From the IMG/VR virus record IMGVR_UViG_2684622619_000023: DNA of 8,430 nucleotides. One strand, 5' to 3'. Under the pieces are notes generated by a model. The model was not told where the DNA came from. It worked only from the letters and a program-made list of their open reading frames with translations, and ran no database searches. Shown here in pieces: positions 5,321 to 8,430 of the stretch. The translations under genes and the position numbers were made by a program. This DNA is from a virus (taxonomy: Duplodnaviria; Heunggongvirae; Uroviricota; Caudoviricetes). The first letter of the stretch is position 1. Each line of letters starts with the position of its first letter.

Positions 5321-6018
5321 AAAACATCGCCGCACAAATGGTTAACTTTGACTGTGAGCAGATGCGCCGGATCGCCAACAACATGCCGGAACAGTACGAC
5401 GAAAAGCCACAGGTACAGCAGGTAGCGCAGATCATCAACGGTGTGTTCAGGCAGTTACTGGCAACTTTCCCGGCGAGCCTGGCTAACCGTGACCAGAATG
5501 AACTGAACGAAATCCGCCGCCAGTGGGTTCTGGCTTTCCGGGAAAACGGGATCACCACAATGGAACAGGTTAACGCAGGAATGCGCGTAGCCCGTCGGCA
5601 GAATCGACCATTTCTGCCATCACCCGGGCAGTTTGTTGCATGGTGCCGGGAAGAAGCATCCGTTATCGCCGGACTGCCAAACGTCAGCGAGCTGGTTGAT
5701 ATGGTTTACGAGTATTGCCGGAAGCGTGGCCTGTATCCGGATGCAGAGTCTTATCCGTGGAAATCGAACGCGCATTACTGGTTGGTTACCAACTTGTACC
5801 AGAACATGCGGGCCAATGCGCTGACTGACGCGGAATTACGGCGCAAGGCTGCCGATGAACTGACCTGTATGACAGCGCGAATTAACCGTGGTGAGACGAT
5901 ACCTGAACCAGTAAAACAACTTCCTGTTATGGGCGGTAGACCTCTAAATCGTGCACAGGCTCTGGCGAAGATCGCAGAAATTAAAGCTAAGTTCGGACTG
6001 AAAGGAGCAAGTGTATGA
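5317..6018 (+). CDS. P: Replication protein P (DnaB helicase loader), lambda P-like
   Basis: 233-aa ORF MKNIAAQMVNFDCEQMRRIANNMPEQYDEKPQVQQVAQIING...KFGLKGASV, near-identical to my recollection of lambda P. ATG overlaps the O stop (ATGA at 5317-5320). Confidence 0.95.
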   Translation: MKNIAAQMVNFDCEQMRRIANNMPEQYDEKPQVQQVAQIINGVFRQLLATFPASLANRDQNELNEIRRQWVLAFRENGITTMEQVNAGMRVARRQNRPFLPSPGQFVAWCREEASVIAGLPNVSELVDMVYEYCRKRGLYPDAESYPWKSNAHYWLVTNLYQNMRANALTDAELRRKAADELTCMTARINRGETIPEPVKQLPVMGGRPLNRAQALAKIAEIKAKFGLKGASV

Positions 6019-6317
6019 CGGGCAAAGAGGCAATTATTCATTACCTGGGGACGCATAAGAGCTTCTGTGCACAGGACGTTGCCGCGGTAACAGGCGCAAC
6101 CGTAACCAGCATAAATCAGGCTGCGGCTAAAATGGCGCGGGCAGGAATCCTGGTCGTTGATGGTAAGGTCTGGCGAACGGTGTATTACCGGTTCGCTACC
6201 AGAGAAGAACGGGAAGGAAAGGTGAGCACGAATCTGATTTTTAAGGAGTGTCGCCAGAGTGCCGCGATGAAACGGGTATTGAGGGTATATAAAAGAACAT
6301 CAATGGGTACACAATGA
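6015..6317 (+). CDS. ren: Ren protein (lambda ren-like), divergent C-terminus
   Basis: 100-aa ORF MTGKEAIIHYLGTHKSFCAQDVAAVTGATVTSINQAAAKMARAGILVVDGKVWRTVYYRFATREEREGK... matches recalled lambda Ren. ATG overlaps the P stop (ATGA at 6015-6018). Confidence 0.9.
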   Translation: MTGKEAIIHYLGTHKSFCAQDVAAVTGATVTSINQAAAKMARAGILVVDGKVWRTVYYRFATREEREGKVSTNLIFKECRQSAAMKRVLRVYKRTSMGTQ

Positions 6318-6334
6318 TGAAACAGGTGAGTTGA

Positions 6335-6369
6335 GTTCAAACTGTAGTACAATTCTCTCCAGTTTGAAC
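6335..6369. repeat. Perfect 10-bp inverted repeat GTTCAAACTG (15-nt spacer) CAGTTTGAAC between ren and emrE
   Basis: Arms at 6335-6344 and 6360-6369 are exact reverse complements. Ends 1 nt before the emrE RBS (AGGAAAG, 6370-6376). Confidence 0.6.
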
Positions 6370-6384
6370 AGGAAAGAATATGTT

Positions 6385-6717
6385 ATGAACCCTTATATTT
6401 ATCTTGGTGGTGCAATACTTGCAGAGGTCATTGGTACAACCTTAATGAAGTTTTCAGAAGGTTTTACACGGTTATGGCCATCTGTTGGTACAATTATTTG
6501 TTATTGTGCATCATTCTGGTTATTAGCTCAGACGCTGGCTTATATTCCTACAGGGATTGCTTATGCTATCTGGTCAGGAGTCGGTATTGTCCTGATTAGC
6601 TTACTATCATGGGGGTTTTTCGGCCAACGGCTGGACCTGCCAGCCGTTATAGGCATGATGTTGATTTGTGCCGGTGTGTTGGTTATTAATTTATTGTCAC
6701 GAAGCACACCACATTAA
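6385..6717 (+). CDS. emrE: EmrE, small multidrug resistance (SMR) family efflux transporter, 110 aa
   Basis: From the ATG at 6385 (RBS AGGAAAG 6370-6376): MNPYIYLGGAILAEVIGTTLMKFSEGFTRLWPSVGTIICYCASFWLLAQTLAYIPTGIAYAIWSGVGIVLISLLSWGFFGQRLDLPAVIGMMLICAGVLVINLLSRSTPH, essentially the E. coli EmrE sequence as I recall it; four hydrophobic helices. The 18-codon upstream extension in the track (from 6331) is rejected. Confidence 0.95.
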   Translation: MNPYIYLGGAILAEVIGTTLMKFSEGFTRLWPSVGTIICYCASFWLLAQTLAYIPTGIAYAIWSGVGIVLISLLSWGFFGQRLDLPAVIGMMLICAGVLVINLLSRSTPH

Positions 6718-6747
6718 AAATAATTTCTTTTAAAAGACTGCAATATG

Positions 6748-6780
6748 GCGGTTCATATCTTTACATGGGCCGCTTTTGTT
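6748..6780 (+). terminator. Candidate intrinsic terminator downstream of emrE
   Basis: Stem GCGGTTCAT (6748-6756) / ATGGGCCGC (6765-6773), 9 bp including two G-U pairs, 8-nt loop, followed by TTTTGTT (6774-6780). Confidence 0.45.
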
Positions 6781-6961
6781 AATGTTTTTAGTTTTTGTGT
6801 ATTCTTTTGTGCCTTCAAGATTATTGCGTAAGCAAATTGCAATACGATTATTGTTGTATATTCAAGATAGTGTGATCGTAATTGTCTTTTTAAATAAAAA
6901 TTAAACAAAAATTATATCTCACCACTAAGGTTTATAAAAGCATAAGTTAGCAGGTGTCACC

Positions 6962-8430
6962 ATGAAAAAAGCCATAGCATATATGCGATTTTCATCACCA
7001 GGTCAGATGTCTGGCGACTCATTAAACCGACAGAGAAGACTTATTGCTGAATGGTTAAAGGTAAATAGTGATTATTATCTTGATACCATAACATATGAAG
7101 ATTTAGGATTAAGTGCATTCAAAGGAAAGCATGCACAATCAGGAGCTTTTTCGGAATTTTTAGATGCTATAGAGCATGGTTATATATTGCCAGGAACTAC
7201 ATTGTTAGTTGAAAGTCTGGACAGACTTTCAAGAGAAAAAGTCGGTGAAGCGATTGAACGTCTGAAATTGATTTTGAATCACGGTATTGATGTTATAACT
7301 CTTTGCGACAATACAGTCTATAATATTGACTCTTTGAATGAGCCATATTCATTAATAAAAGCCATACTTATAGCACAAAGGGCAAATGAAGAAAGCGAGA
7401 TAAAGTCAAGTCGGGTTAAATTATCATGGAAGAAAAAACGGCAGGATGCACTGGAATCAGGTACGATTATGACGGCGTCTTGTCCGAGATGGCTCTCCTT
7501 AGATGACAAAAGAACGGCTTTTGTTCCAGACCCCGACAGGGTGAAAACTATTGAGCTAATTTTTAAACTCAGGATGGAAAGGCGCTCATTGAATGCAATA
7601 GCCAAGTATTTAAATGATCATGCTGTAAAGAATTTCTCAGGAAAAGAAAGTGCATGGGGACCTTCTGTAATTGAAAAATTATTAGCGAATAAAGCTCTGA
7701 TAGGTATATGCGTACCTTCATATCGTGCAAGAGGGAAAGGGATAAGTGAAATCGCTGGCTATTATCCCAGAGTCATATCAGATGATTTGTTTTACGCTGT
7801 ACAGGAAATTCGGTTGGCACCTTTTGGTATTAGCAATAGTAGCAAGAATCCTATGCTAATAAATCTACTTCGAACAGTTATGAAGTGTGAGGCTTGTGGT
7901 AATACCATGATTGTTCATGCGGTATCTGGAAGTTTGCATGGCTATTATGTTTGTCCGATGAGAAGATTACATCGATGTGACAGGCCATCAATAAAGAGAG
8001 ATTTGGTTGATTATAATATCATTAATGAATTGCTTTTTAATTGTAGCAAAATTCAACCAGTTGAAAACAAGAAAGATGCTAATGAAACTTTAGAGTTAAA
8101 AATTATTGAGCTTCAGATGAAAATTAATAATTTAATCGTTGCATTGTCTGTCGCGCCTGAAGTTACCGCTATAGCAGAGAAAATAAGACTATTAGATAAG
8201 GAATTACGAAGGGCTTCGGTATCATTGAAAACTTTGAAGAGTAAAGGTGTAAATTCATTCAGTGATTTTTATGCTATTGACTTAACCAGTAAAAATGGAC
8301 GAGAGTTATGCCGTACACTTGCCTATAAAACATTCGAAAAAATCATAATTAATACGGATAATAAAACCTGTGATATCTATTTTATGAATGGCATTGTTTT
8401 TAAACACTATCCTTTAATGAAAGTAATATC
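6962..8430 (+). CDS. ybcK: Large serine recombinase (resolvase/invertase-type N-domain + recombinase domain + Cys-rich zinc-ribbon-like region), DLP12 ybcK-like; 3' end beyond the window
   Basis: ATG at 6962 with AGGTG 5 nt upstream. Frame is open for 489 codons to the window edge (my own translation; not in the track because no stop is reached). N-terminus MKKAIAYMRFSSPGQMSGDSLNRQRRLIAEW has the serine-recombinase catalytic motif; later CEACGNTMIVHAVSGSLHGYYVCPMRRLHRC is zinc-ribbon-like. AT-rich. The ren-emrE-recombinase order matches what I recall of E. coli DLP12. Confidence 0.88.
   Translation, partial: MKKAIAYMRFSSPGQMSGDSLNRQRRLIAEWLKVNSDYYLDTITYEDLGLSAFKGKHAQSGAFSEFLDAIEHGYILPGTTLLVESLDRLSREKVGEAIERLKLILNHGIDVITLCDNTVYNIDSLNEPYSLIKAILIAQRANEESEIKSSRVKLSWKKKRQDALESGTIMTASCPRWLSLDDKRTAFVPDPDRVKTIELIFKLRMERRSLNAIAKYLNDHAVKNFSGKESAWGPSVIEKLLANKALIGICVPSYRARGKGISEIAGYYPRVISDDLFYAVQEIRLAPFGISNSSKNPMLINLLRTVMKCEACGNTMIVHAVSGSLHGYYVCPMRRLHRCDRPSIKRDLVDYNIINELLFNCSKIQPVENKKDANETLELKIIELQMKINNLIVALSVAPEVTAIAEKIRLLDKELRRASVSLKTLKSKGVNSFSDFYAIDLTSKNGRELCRTLAYKTFEKIIINTDNKTCDIYFMNGIVFKHYPLMKVI

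Noticed and set aside
4888-6056. ORFs at minus 4888-5292, plus 5090-5320 as a separate gene, minus 5229-5558, plus 5633-5824 and minus 5775-6056
   Set aside because: Shadow frames overlapping O and P, or artefacts of translating through the N run; 5090-5320 is the C-terminal part of O, not a separate gene.
6331-6384. 18-codon upstream extension of emrE (MSSNCSTILSSLNRKEYV)
   Set aside because: EmrE proper begins at MNPYIYL (ATG 6385), which is preceded by an AGGAAAG RBS; the extension would run through the inverted repeat and RBS.
7318-7605. 95-aa minus-strand ORF
   Set aside because: Antisense inside the serine recombinase reading frame, which is continuous and has catalytic motifs.

Overview
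This window is the early/immunity/replication region of a lambdoid (lambda/DLP12-like) enterobacterial prophage, read from the sequence and from recalled protein families only (no database search was possible). Left to right: the 5' end of bet and a short-form gam (minus strand); an uncertain 136-codon ORF in the N/kil position; a candidate PL/OL region; an intrinsic terminator; an AT-rich two-gene cassette on the minus strand (357-aa GNAT-like + PUA-like fusion protein, then a 125-aa ASCH-domain protein); a CI-type repressor (minus); a divergent OR/PR/PRM region; cro (YdaS-like); a YdaT-like protein in the cII position; replication genes O (with embedded ori iterons and a 50-nt run of N) and P; ren; emrE; and the start of a large serine recombinase (ybcK-like) running off the right edge. 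The most interesting feature is the compositionally foreign two-gene cassette at 1239-2667. It sits exactly where lambda carries rexAB, immediately downstream of cI and bounded by a strong terminator. I propose it as a previously uncharacterised lysogen-expressed defence/exclusion or toxin-antidote module, possibly a nucleic-acid acylation writer/eraser pair; its function is inference, not demonstrated.
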